Shown here: piece by piece, positions 17,554 through 26,882 of the stretch
Layout of the letters: every line of letters begins with the position of its first letter
How positions within the stretch are numbered: the stretch's first letter is position 1
IMG/VR virus record: IMGVR_UViG_3300046171_000176
Span: 1 to 59,806 of that record
Strand: one strand, 5' to 3'
DNA length: 59,806 bases
From: a virus
Taxonomy: Duplodnaviria; Caudoviricetes
Notes under the pieces: generated by a model
What the model was told of the DNA's origin: nothing
Database searches by the model: none
Seen by the model: the letters and a program-made list of their open reading frames with translations, nothing else
Made by a program: the position numbers and the translations under genes

Positions 17554-17898
17554 TTAATTTGTTGATACTCTTCTTAATCTAGGAACAACTACACCATCAA
17601 TTACATTTTGTACATCTTCATAGCGTACTTTTAATTGCATAGATAAATCCGCTTGCCATGTAGCAACAGGTCTACCATTTTTTAATATTATAATTGCCGG
17701 TACTGATCTAATTGCTTTTCTTATACTTACTGGTTGATCTTCAAAATTTACTTTTAAAATTGTTGCTCTTTTTAATTTATCTACATCTTGATAATGATTT
17801 CTAGAATTCCATGATGAATTCATATATAATACTGTCATTTCTTGTGAAAATGAAATTGATGTAAATAATAATAAAATTAAAGTAATTAAATTTTTCAT
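17554..17898 (-). CDS. secreted thioredoxin-fold-like protein lacking CxxC
   Basis: Signal peptide; YMNSSWN in place of WCxxC; IRSVPAIIILKNG. Confidence 0.55.
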   Translation of the reverse strand: MKNLITLILLLFTSISFSQEMTVLYMNSSWNSRNHYQDVDKLKRATILKVNFEDQPVSIRKAIRSVPAIIILKNGRPVATWQADLSMQLKVRYEDVQNVIDGVVVPRLRRVSTN

Positions 17899-17900
17899 AT

Positions 17901-18182
17901 TTATTTTTTTGTTAGCTCATAAAGCTTTTCATCTATTTTGTCAAGCTTTTCTGCATTTTTGTCTACCTTTTCGTCTATATCAATTATTGTAGAACGAATT
18001 AATTCATCTTTTAAATCAAATTCAGTTCTTGATACTTGAGGCTCAGGTAATTGTTTAGCGAGTTCTATATCAGCTTGTAATGCAAAATAAGTTGCAGCTA
18101 ATGCAATTGCTCCTCCAACAATCATTCCGATAGTTTTAAGGTCAAGTTGTACTTCTGTGTCTTCCGATAATTTTTTTGCCAT
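17901..18182 (-). CDS. single-TM lysis-cassette protein, copy 1
   Basis: TM plus coiled coil; identical to 18608..18889. Confidence 0.7.
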   Translation of the reverse strand: MAKKLSEDTEVQLDLKTIGMIVGGAIALAATYFALQADIELAKQLPEPQVSRTEFDLKDELIRSTIIDIDEKVDKNAEKLDKIDEKLYELTKK

Positions 18183-18205
18183 GATGTTAAGTTTGTATAA
18201 TATAT

Positions 18206-18233
18206 GTAATTACCTATTTTTTACGTCTTTTAA
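18206..18233 (-). promoter_or_regulatory. late promoter-like motif (lysis cassette); duplicated at 18913-18940
   Basis: TTAA-N16-GTAATTAC on the minus strand. Confidence 0.55.
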
Positions 18234-18269
18234 GATTTTTTACTCTTCTAGGCTTACCAGCTGGTTGGC

Positions 18270-18605
18270 CTAATCTTTTCTTTTCTGCAATCTTTTTTCT
18301 TTTTTCAGATGCTGACATTTCACCTGATGTTTTTGGAGTTTTAGATGATATTCTTTTACTTGCCATGTAGCAACAGGTCTACCATTTTTTAATATTATAA
18401 TTGCCGGTACTGATCTAATTGCTTTTCTTATACTTACTGGTTGATCTTCAAAATTTACTTTTAAAATTGTTGCTCTTTTTAATTTATCTACATCTTGATA
18501 ATGATTTCTAGAATTCCATGATGAATTCATATATAATACTGTCATTTCTTGTGAAAATGAAATTGATGTAAATAATAATAAAATTAAAGTAATTAAATTT
18601 TTCAT
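18270..18605 (-). pseudogene. chimeric copy of the thioredoxin-like gene created by the duplication junction
   Basis: Identical to 17554..17898 up to ATWQ, then an out-of-frame tail. Confidence 0.7.
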
Positions 18606-18607
18606 AT

Positions 18608-18889
18608 TTATTTTTTTGTTAGCTCATAAAGCTTTTCATCTATTTTGTCAAGCTTTTCTGCATTTTTGTCTACCTTTTCGTCTATATCAATTATTGTAGA
18701 ACGAATTAATTCATCTTTTAAATCAAATTCAGTTCTTGATACTTGAGGCTCAGGTAATTGTTTAGCGAGTTCTATATCAGCTTGTAATGCAAAATAAGTT
18801 GCAGCTAATGCAATTGCTCCTCCAACAATCATTCCGATAGTTTTAAGGTCAAGTTGTACTTCTGTGTCTTCCGATAATTTTTTTGCCAT
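18608..18889 (-). CDS. single-TM lysis-cassette protein, copy 2
   Basis: Duplicate of 17901..18182. Confidence 0.65.
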   Translation of the reverse strand: MAKKLSEDTEVQLDLKTIGMIVGGAIALAATYFALQADIELAKQLPEPQVSRTEFDLKDELIRSTIIDIDEKVDKNAEKLDKIDEKLYELTKK

Positions 18890-18920
18890 GATGTTAAGTT
18901 TGTATAATATATGTAATTAC

Positions 18921-19199
18921 CTATTTTTTACGTCTTTTAAGATTTTTTACTCTTCTAGGCTTACCAGCTGGTTGGCCTAATCTTTTCTTTTCTGCAATCT
19001 TTTTTCTTTTTTCAGATGCTGACATTTCACCTGATGTTTTTGGAGTTTTAGATGATATTCTTTTACTTGGTCTACAATATGGTGTGCCACGCTTTTCACC
19101 TGCACGTCTACCGCAAGGCTTACCAGTTCTGACATCTATCCACTTTTCTTTAAACCAACGTTTAAGTGAAGCGCCTTTTTTAGTTTTTCTTACTGCCAT
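18921..19199 (-). CDS. small basic virion-associated protein
   Basis: LKRWFKEKWIDV..GKPCGR...PYCRP, a K/R-rich aquatic-phage family. Confidence 0.7.
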   Translation of the reverse strand: MAVRKTKKGASLKRWFKEKWIDVRTGKPCGRRAGEKRGTPYCRPSKRISSKTPKTSGEMSASEKRKKIAEKKRLGQPAGKPRRVKNLKRRKK

Positions 19200-19428
19200 T
19201 TATTAACTTTTTAGCTTTATTTCTAGCACATACCATTTTCTTAGCATAGCTAGGGTTCTTTTTTCTATTAAAAACATATTGTTGATTCAAACTACCAACA
19301 ATCTTTTGTATATTACCTTTTCTAGATTTTACCATCCATTTAGCTAATGCTCCGCAAGATAAACTTTTAAATTTACCTTCAGCATCAGGAGCATCAGAGT
19401 CTTTCCAAGTTGGTCTATTTTTTGCCAT
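19180..19428 (-). CDS. small basic protein
   Basis: ORF track. Confidence 0.65.
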   Translation of the reverse strand: MAKNRPTWKDSDAPDAEGKFKSLSCGALAKWMVKSRKGNIQKIVGSLNQQYVFNRKKNPSYAKKMVCARNKAKKLINGSKKN

Positions 19429-19696
19429 GTTTTTTTCTTACTTTATTTTTACAAGCCGTAGCTATTTTAGATTGCTTTGGTTTTTTACCATATCTAGCTC
19501 TTTGTTCCATTACAGTTAATATCTGTATTTTTCTAGCAAAAGACTTACTAGATCCCATAACCTTTCTGCATGTAGCATTAGCGTCAGCTACACTAGCATA
19601 TTTAATACTAACTGTATCTTTCGGATTTTCGTCTGTATATAAGCGTCTACTACTGCCTTTAGGTTTTTTACCTGTACCTTTTTTAGGTTCAGCCAT
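19415..19696 (-). CDS. small basic protein
   Basis: GTGKKPKGS.RRLYTDENPKDTV. Confidence 0.7.
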   Translation of the reverse strand: MAEPKKGTGKKPKGSSRRLYTDENPKDTVSIKYASVADANATCRKVMGSSKSFARKIQILTVMEQRARYGKKPKQSKIATACKNKVRKKHGKK

Positions 19697-19881
19697 TATT
19701 TTAATAGTTTAGCCTGTTTATATGCTTTCATTAAAGATTTTTTAGGTAATTCATTTATATGGTAAACATATACACTTCTTTTAGTGTGTGTTTTACCAGA
19801 CATTAATTTACCTTTAGCATCTTTGTGTGTGGCACCGTGAAATATAGTACCGTCTTTTTTAAAATGTGGAACACCTTTCAT
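19696..19881 (-). CDS. small basic His-rich protein
   Basis: MKGVPHFKKDGT..HGATHK..LMSGKTHT; start moved to ATG 19881. Confidence 0.65.
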   Translation of the reverse strand: MKGVPHFKKDGTIFHGATHKDAKGKLMSGKTHTKRSVYVYHINELPKKSLMKAYKQAKLLK

Positions 19882-19885
19882 AATA

Positions 19886-20017
19886 TTATTTTTTAGATTT
19901 GTTACCCCAATTTTTAGCGCCAACTTTTCTACACTTTGCAATAGCGCCACTAGCATATGCTGATGGAAATACTTTATACCTTGCTTTTACTTTTTTATAA
20001 CATGCATCTTTTGCCAT
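19886..20017 (-). CDS. small basic protein (43 aa)
   Basis: Manual translation MAKDACYKKVKARYKVFPSAYASGAIAKCRKVGAKNWGNKSKK*. Confidence 0.75.
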   Translation of the reverse strand: MAKDACYKKVKARYKVFPSAYASGAIAKCRKVGAKNWGNKSKK

Positions 20018-20019
20018 AA

Positions 20020-23000
20020 TTATTTTATTTTTCTTTTTACTATTGTTCTGCCTTTTCTTCTTTTTACTTGTTTTTCTTTTTTATCTTTTTCATTTTCTAT
20101 TCCTAATTCCCATGATCCCCATCCCATCAATAATGCCGTGCTTTGCCACCATTCTGCTTCATCACTCATTGCAGCTTCTATATTTTGTGCTTTTCTTAAT
20201 GCTCTATCTAATGGAAAATTAAATGTTGCTGATGCAGTTTGTGCTGCTGCTGACAATGCTGGATTATCTAATTTAGGTTCAAATACATTTTTGGGTGTAA
20301 CATATTTCATAGAATAACCTGCTCCTCTTAATCTTGTAAGTTTACCATACAATGGTGGAGATACTGTTAATGTTTTCCAAGCTGCTTGTTGGAAATCAGG
20401 GTTAGGTTTTTTAGATTGTTTAGCTATTTCCATTGCTACATTTTTTGCAGCTACAATAGCATTACCTGTCAAACCTGAACCTCTTAATAGTGAATCCGCC
20501 ATACCATTACCTATATCACTAGCTTTTGAAACTATTTTTTCGTCATCGTCATCATCGGCAAATGCTAATGCAAATACGGCTTTTTGCATAGCGTTAAATA
20601 TTAAGTTTTGTATTGTACTGTAATAAAGTATTTTACTTAATTTTTCTTTAGGATCGCCTCTACCATCAATAAGATCTTGGGCGTTTCTTTTTATAATTCT
20701 ATTATACTGCATTGGTGTATTAGCAAATGCTAACATAAATCTTCCTAAATTACCAGCTTGTTGTTCAGATATTCTATCTGGTCTACTAGATTGCTGTGTT
20801 TCTTCGGTTATAGCTTTAAAATCTAAAAATGCTTGTTTTTTAGCATCTGCTTCAGACATACCGTCTTTTATATATGTTTTAATCCTATTTCTATACATCG
20901 TTGCACCACCAGAAGCAATTGCAAAACTATCAGCCATTTTAGTAAGTATAAAACCTTTATTTAATAAATAACTAATTGTACCCTGCACACCACCTTTTTC
21001 TGCAGCTAATGCTAATTCGCTTTCATTAATATTTATTTTATTACCACCTCTTCTTTCCTGTAAGTAATCTGAATTAAATATTTCAACAAAATCAGCCCAA
21101 TACTGTGGTTGATTTGCAAACGCCTGTGCAGCTCTTAATGGATTATTGTCTTTATAGTTTATATAGTTTACATTTGAAATCATCTGTAATGCGGCAGATC
21201 TAGTATTTAAGAACATAATTGTTCCTACAGATCCGTTAACCCAATCATTCCAGGCTTGTAAATTTTTATCACCACCCCATTTTTTATTAGAGCCGTTTTT
21301 CATTCTTTGCAATGTAGCTTTTACATTCTTAACCCAGTTCTTACCGTATGCAGCCTCTAATTTAAACATGTTTTCTTTACTAAATAATATATCAACATTA
21401 TTTTGCCAAGCTTCTAAATGTTTACTTCTTTTATCTCCGTTTAATAATGACATTAAATCTATAGCAACATTACCACCCATCCAGCTTTCTTGTGGTTTTG
21501 GATAACCGTCGCCTTTAGTTATATTAATTAGCTCTGTAGCAAAAGCTAATAATTCTTTATCATTTTTAACTTCATTAACTAATTCTCTTACATCTTTTTT
21601 AGATAGCCCAGGTATTTCCATGCTTTGCCTTGTCCATGCATAAACTCTTACAGCTTGATCGTTCGTATAATCTCCACCTTTAGTAAACTTTTTTAATCTT
21701 TTAGGCACATTACTAAATTGCTTTTTTAATGCCATGAAGTCATTCATCATTGCTGACTTTTCTCTTGTTATACTTTCCATAGCTGCATTGTATGGATCAT
21801 ATAAATACTTTTTATAAAACTCTAATTGTTTTTCTCCCTTTTTGCCTTTAGCTAATGTTTTATGCATTAATCCACCAAAGTCTTCAGCTCCAGGTGGTAT
21901 AAAATAATCACCAAAAGATTTTCTAACTTTTGATCCTCTTGCTTCTGCCTTAGCTTGATTAAATACTTTTTCAGCACCTATACCTGTTGCACTTTCAAGA
22001 TATTGATTAAATTCTTTATTTATATCAACTTCAGCTGTTCTTGCTTTGCTAGCTTCTATGTTTGCTTTGTCTATCTTTTCAAGATTTTCTATAACTTCTT
22101 TATTACTTGGCTTTTTCTTTTTAGAAAAACTTAATTGTTCTTTTTTAGGTGCTAATTTATTTGCATTTAATGTGGCTTTACTAATATCAGGGTATCTTTC
22201 TTTTATATAAGTATCAATTGCATTTTTTGCCTGAACTGGCGTAATTTCATCTTTTATTTGTTCAAATATTAAATCAGATTGTTTTTCATATACATTTGCA
22301 TCAAATGATAATTTTGAAGGAACAACAACATTATATTTTTCAGCATGAGTTATACCTTCTTGCTTTATAGCATTAGGGTTTAATTTAACAACTTCATTAT
22401 ATAATCTTATATTAGAACTTGGTACTTCTTTCCAAGATATTTTTCCGTTAATAGCTTCTTGTATTTTTTGTTCTAAAAGCGGGTGTAGCTCTGATTTAGA
22501 TTTGTACTTTTTACCATTTAAATCATACGTTAAATCAACTTTATAATGACTATCTGTTCTGTTTTTTCCTTCACCACTTTTTAATGCAATTTGTATATAG
22601 TTATCAGCTAACCAATTTGCCATTGCTGTTTTAGTATCAGCATCTTTAATTTTAGAATATACACCAACTAATTTTGCAAATTGACCATGTTGCAATATGT
22701 GTTCTTCTAATATTTTTATTGCACCTTGTTCTAACCCAATTAGCTGAGCCATATTTCTTGTTGTAGCACCATTAGCATTTTGATTATAAACAACTAATCC
22801 AGTAGCTTTAGGATCAATAGCGTACATATCTGATAAAATATCTAATGCACCTTTAAAATTACTTTTAAAATTTTCCCTAATATTTAAATTCTTATTTAAA
22901 TTTTTTGTTTTTTGGCTTTTAATTACCATTGTCCAAGGAAATGCTTCTTCAACTTTTTTACCCTTAGTGGTTAAAGGTAATCCCAATTCTTCTTTTATTT

Positions 23001-26000
23001 TTTGTAAAGCAATTACTTCTAATAATTCGCCTTTATCTCTTGCTTGAATTGTTGCATTATCTAATGCCTGACTTACAAAAATACCATCTCGCATTCTTCT
23101 TATACTATTCCCGCCGGGGGCTAAATTACTTGGGGTCATAAAAAATGCAGAATTAGGTACTTGATCAATCATTTTTACATAGCTTCTGAAAATTTTACCT
23201 ATTTCTTGTACATTATCTTTATTTATTTTTCCTCCAAATTCATTTGCAACTTGTTCATTTATTTTAAGCTTTTTAACTTTACTAAACATTACATCAGCTT
23301 TACCCGCTGCTAAATCTTGTTTAGCTTCTAATGATAAATCACTTTCACTTCTTACAATTTCATTGGTAATTAATTTACCCGTAAGATTCATTATACCTTT
23401 TATTCTTTGTGCTTCAGGCGATCTTGGCGATAAACCTTCTCTTAGTTTTCCATCAACTATACCTAAACCTTCTAAAAACTGCTGCCTATTAATTGAATTA
23501 AGCTTATACGGACTCAAACCGGCCCCTCTGGTTAATCTTTCTTGCTTTGTATAAAAAACATCTAGCAATGATTTTGGAACTCCTGTGGATGTACCTAATA
23601 ATCTTTCGCTTGCAGCTTCAACAACAGCACCTTTAGGTAATAATCTTAATAATTTATCTACATTTTTATTTATATTTCTTGCAGCATTGTTTAAATCACC
23701 TTTATTTAAGTTGGCTTTTGGATCTGTAACTTTTTTAGCTGGTACTTCAAATATTTCAGCCGTAGTTTCTGGTGATAAATCTTTTAGCCTTTTAAATGTT
23801 AAATCTTTTTTAGGAACATTTTTAAGGCCTTTCATTATTTTAGATTTTGCAGCTTCAATATCTTTTAATAATGAACTTGGTTTTATTTTTTTACTTACTG
23901 GTTTTTCAGTAACAGTTTCAGTTTCTTGCGCTGTAACTCCTTTTGCTTCAGTTACATCAACTGTAAATTCTTCACCTAATATTTTATTAGACGCTTCAAT
24001 CATTCTTGAAGGTAAAAATTTATTTACATATGCAGCTAATGGGACACCAGAATCAGGATTATAGCTTCTTATTAAACCAAGTATACCTCTATCAGAATAT
24101 TTTATTTCACTTGTTAAATCTTCTTTATTAAAATTAGGTGCTTCTCTTCTTTTATCTACTAGCTTATTAATTATAGGATTAAATGCTTCAATAATATCAA
24201 ATGATCCGTCAACACCTTTTTCATTGTAGATATTTTGTACATTGTCTGATGCTTGTTTTGAAAGTGCTACTTCAGCTAGGCCAACTTTACCAATACCTTT
24301 AGCTAAACCTTTTGATAATCGACCTTTGTTTATACTATTTGTATATTGACGTGAGAAATTAAATACATCTTGGGCATTATTAAATTCAATCTTTTTATAA
24401 GGCGTAAACCTTCTTATCATTTCAGTTAACCAATCTTTTAACTTAGTTGCCCAATCTTGTTTGTATTTTATACTACCGTCCTGACTCAAATCAGAAAATA
24501 CACTAAAAAATTCTTTAGCATGCTCAGAAGGATCATATCTTTTATTTAACGCGTCTTGCAATAATTGTTTTTCAGTAGTTGGCAATAATTCTAAAAAATT
24601 ATTTTGTAATTGTTGTAATTGCTCAGGATTAAGTGTTTTTAATTTTTCAGCTATAACGCCATGCATTACTTCATGACCACCAACGTTTAAATTACTTGTT
24701 TCAGCAGCAACTTGTTCGTTAATATATATTTTATTACCTGATATAAAACCTCCAACTTCACCTAATTCAGATTTTTGTTCATCATTTAATTTAATGCCAT
24801 CTGCTTCAATACCTGCTTTAAAATCTTGTGTGTTTTGAAATGCTAAAGTTTCTAATCCTATGCTCTCTGCAGATTTTGCAAATTCAGTTGATTTTTTAAC
24901 ATCGCCTTCTTTATTTATTTGTACAAGCCTATTATTTATTTCTTCTAGCCTACTGGTATCTGCCTCTAAAAAATTTTCATCAAGATTTTTTATATTATTT
25001 AATATTTTTTGTTTTTCAACAATCAAATCAACAGCTTCAATTCTGCTTTCGTTTTTAATATACGTAGGTATTTTCAAGTTAGCATCCTCAATATTATTAA
25101 TAGCTTGAATAGTTTCATCAGCTTCTTCTCTAGTTATTTCGTTGTTTTTAACCTTTATTTCTAATTCTTTTTTAGTATTTGATAATATAGGTGTTATACG
25201 TTTAGGGTCAAATTTTGAACTTATTTCTTTAACAGTTTGAACAGTTTCTCTAGCTGTTGCTCTTGTTACATTACCAGCAAATGGCAAAACAGCACCAACA
25301 AAACCACCGTCCTGAGCGCTCTTTATAACGTTATTTAAATCAATATATTTAAATATATCATCCTGAGCCGCGCCTGCACCTAATTGTGAAACTATTGTTT
25401 GAAAACCTTCTGTTAAATATTCAGTAAAACCACCTTTTAATATACCTTTCCCCCCTTCTTTAAGTCCTCCCGATTTTATATATTTTTTTAATCCATCTTT
25501 TACAATACTTCTAACAATATCTTTGCCTCCTGCAGAACCAAGAACACCTTTAACTATTTGTGATGCTCCATAGGACTCTAGCAAACTTGATATGACTGCT
25601 TGTGTTGTTGCTAATCCTCTTTCTCCATTTCCTGCCTCAACAGCTTTTAAAATATTTTCAGCAGTTGCAGGTTTATCACCTAAACTATTATAAACGTTTT
25701 CAAAGTAAGCACTACCAAATTCCTGCATATATACTCCCAAACCACCCGTAAAAGCCGCAAAACCTAATTGAGGTATTTGTTTAGCTATTAAACCTAAGCC
25801 ATCTTTTGAAAAATAATCTACATCTTTAGGTAATTGTTTATAAAAAGATAAATCTATTTCTCTTTGCTCTATTCCTTTTAAATTAGCTAAAAATTTAGAT
25901 TTAGCATCTGTTATTTCTTGATCATAATATCCAAGCGCTTCTTCTTTTGAACCTTTTTTTGTGCCAATTTTAAAACCTTCTTTTTGTGAAAAAGTTCCAC

Positions 26001-26880
26001 CGTAGCTTACCTCTGCGTTGTCTCTTGAATTTTCTATAGATTCTCTTTCTTTTTTTAATCTAATAATATTTTCTCCAATATTTGCAGTAGCACCTTTTTT
26101 GATTGCTAAAGTTATATCTTTAAATCCAGATTTTAAAAATTCTCCAAAATATGTTTTTTCATCTAACCCTAATCTTTCTCTATTATACTTTACATTTCTT
26201 TCTTCTAATTCTGCATCTAAAGCATTTTGAAATTTATTTATACGGTCTTCAAATGTTTTATTACTAGATATTTTATTAGATAAAAAAGCATTTATTCTTT
26301 TTACATATTCTTCGTTAGCATTTTTTACACCTTCTTCAGTAGTTAAATCAAATTCTTTTTTAACATCATTTAAAATTTTATCTGTAAAAGCTTTATTAAA
26401 TTTTAATATATCAGAAGATAAATCATTTAAATAACTGTCTGAGTTTATTGCTTTTTGTATTATTGAACTATATTTTTCTTGATCAATATTTATTTCTCTA
26501 CCAGGTTGAAAATCATCATCTAATATTGAAGATTTTATTTTTGATCTTGCAATTTTGCTTGTTAATGCTGGTGCATAAGGGTCTACTTTTGAATTTAATA
26601 AAAAATCAATTCTTGTTTTTGAATTTCTATTTTCTTCATATGATTTATACGATTCACCATAATTTATTTTATCTTCTTGTGGCACCAAAGAACCAGGATC
26701 CGAAGTGGAATCCATATCGGGTGCTGCAGTTTCCTCCACAGTCGCACCCTGAACTGCGGGAGTTTGCTTTCCCGGATCTCCATTTTTCATAATTTGAGCA
26801 CCGGGAGAAATAGAAACAAATTTATCTACTTCATTTTCAGGAACATCGTATTCCTTATTATTATATAAAACTTTAATCAT
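20020..26880 (-). CDS. giant internal virion/ejection polyprotein with HExxH zincin and embedded sigma region-2-like domain
   Basis: Follows tail and small ejection genes; HEVMH at aa 736-740; sigma-r2-like segment at aa ~893-968; hydrophobic Gly/Ala-rich segments. Confidence 0.75.
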   Translation of the reverse strand: MIKVLYNNKEYDVPENEVDKFVSISPGAQIMKNGDPGKQTPAVQGATVEETAAPDMDSTSDPGSLVPQEDKINYGESYKSYEENRNSKTRIDFLLNSKVDPYAPALTSKIARSKIKSSILDDDFQPGREINIDQEKYSSIIQKAINSDSYLNDLSSDILKFNKAFTDKILNDVKKEFDLTTEEGVKNANEEYVKRINAFLSNKISSNKTFEDRINKFQNALDAELEERNVKYNRERLGLDEKTYFGEFLKSGFKDITLAIKKGATANIGENIIRLKKERESIENSRDNAEVSYGGTFSQKEGFKIGTKKGSKEEALGYYDQEITDAKSKFLANLKGIEQREIDLSFYKQLPKDVDYFSKDGLGLIAKQIPQLGFAAFTGGLGVYMQEFGSAYFENVYNSLGDKPATAENILKAVEAGNGERGLATTQAVISSLLESYGASQIVKGVLGSAGGKDIVRSIVKDGLKKYIKSGGLKEGGKGILKGGFTEYLTEGFQTIVSQLGAGAAQDDIFKYIDLNNVIKSAQDGGFVGAVLPFAGNVTRATARETVQTVKEISSKFDPKRITPILSNTKKELEIKVKNNEITREEADETIQAINNIEDANLKIPTYIKNESRIEAVDLIVEKQKILNNIKNLDENFLEADTSRLEEINNRLVQINKEGDVKKSTEFAKSAESIGLETLAFQNTQDFKAGIEADGIKLNDEQKSELGEVGGFISGNKIYINEQVAAETSNLNVGGHEVMHGVIAEKLKTLNPEQLQQLQNNFLELLPTTEKQLLQDALNKRYDPSEHAKEFFSVFSDLSQDGSIKYKQDWATKLKDWLTEMIRRFTPYKKIEFNNAQDVFNFSRQYTNSINKGRLSKGLAKGIGKVGLAEVALSKQASDNVQNIYNEKGVDGSFDIIEAFNPIINKLVDKRREAPNFNKEDLTSEIKYSDRGILGLIRSYNPDSGVPLAAYVNKFLPSRMIEASNKILGEEFTVDVTEAKGVTAQETETVTEKPVSKKIKPSSLLKDIEAAKSKIMKGLKNVPKKDLTFKRLKDLSPETTAEIFEVPAKKVTDPKANLNKGDLNNAARNINKNVDKLLRLLPKGAVVEAASERLLGTSTGVPKSLLDVFYTKQERLTRGAGLSPYKLNSINRQQFLEGLGIVDGKLREGLSPRSPEAQRIKGIMNLTGKLITNEIVRSESDLSLEAKQDLAAGKADVMFSKVKKLKINEQVANEFGGKINKDNVQEIGKIFRSYVKMIDQVPNSAFFMTPSNLAPGGNSIRRMRDGIFVSQALDNATIQARDKGELLEVIALQKIKEELGLPLTTKGKKVEEAFPWTMVIKSQKTKNLNKNLNIRENFKSNFKGALDILSDMYAIDPKATGLVVYNQNANGATTRNMAQLIGLEQGAIKILEEHILQHGQFAKLVGVYSKIKDADTKTAMANWLADNYIQIALKSGEGKNRTDSHYKVDLTYDLNGKKYKSKSELHPLLEQKIQEAINGKISWKEVPSSNIRLYNEVVKLNPNAIKQEGITHAEKYNVVVPSKLSFDANVYEKQSDLIFEQIKDEITPVQAKNAIDTYIKERYPDISKATLNANKLAPKKEQLSFSKKKKPSNKEVIENLEKIDKANIEASKARTAEVDINKEFNQYLESATGIGAEKVFNQAKAEARGSKVRKSFGDYFIPPGAEDFGGLMHKTLAKGKKGEKQLEFYKKYLYDPYNAAMESITREKSAMMNDFMALKKQFSNVPKRLKKFTKGGDYTNDQAVRVYAWTRQSMEIPGLSKKDVRELVNEVKNDKELLAFATELINITKGDGYPKPQESWMGGNVAIDLMSLLNGDKRSKHLEAWQNNVDILFSKENMFKLEAAYGKNWVKNVKATLQRMKNGSNKKWGGDKNLQAWNDWVNGSVGTIMFLNTRSAALQMISNVNYINYKDNNPLRAAQAFANQPQYWADFVEIFNSDYLQERRGGNKININESELALAAEKGGVQGTISYLLNKGFILTKMADSFAIASGGATMYRNRIKTYIKDGMSEADAKKQAFLDFKAITEETQQSSRPDRISEQQAGNLGRFMLAFANTPMQYNRIIKRNAQDLIDGRGDPKEKLSKILYYSTIQNLIFNAMQKAVFALAFADDDDDEKIVSKASDIGNGMADSLLRGSGLTGNAIVAAKNVAMEIAKQSKKPNPDFQQAAWKTLTVSPPLYGKLTRLRGAGYSMKYVTPKNVFEPKLDNPALSAAAQTASATFNFPLDRALRKAQNIEAAMSDEAEWWQSTALLMGWGSWELGIENEKDKKEKQVKRRKGRTIVKRKIK

Positions 26881-26882
26881 AA

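Larger units (their letters stand above)
17652..19069. repeat. exact 707-bp tandem duplication (17652-18362 / 18359-19069)
   Basis: Identical sequence at offset 707; CTTG microhomology at the junction. Confidence 0.95.

Noticed and set aside
20020-26880. crAss-type virion RNA polymerase
   Set aside because: Size and position fit, but no DFDID/NADFDGD-like catalytic motif was found; the DDDDD run near the C-terminus is a simple acidic tract. A structure search is needed to exclude it fully
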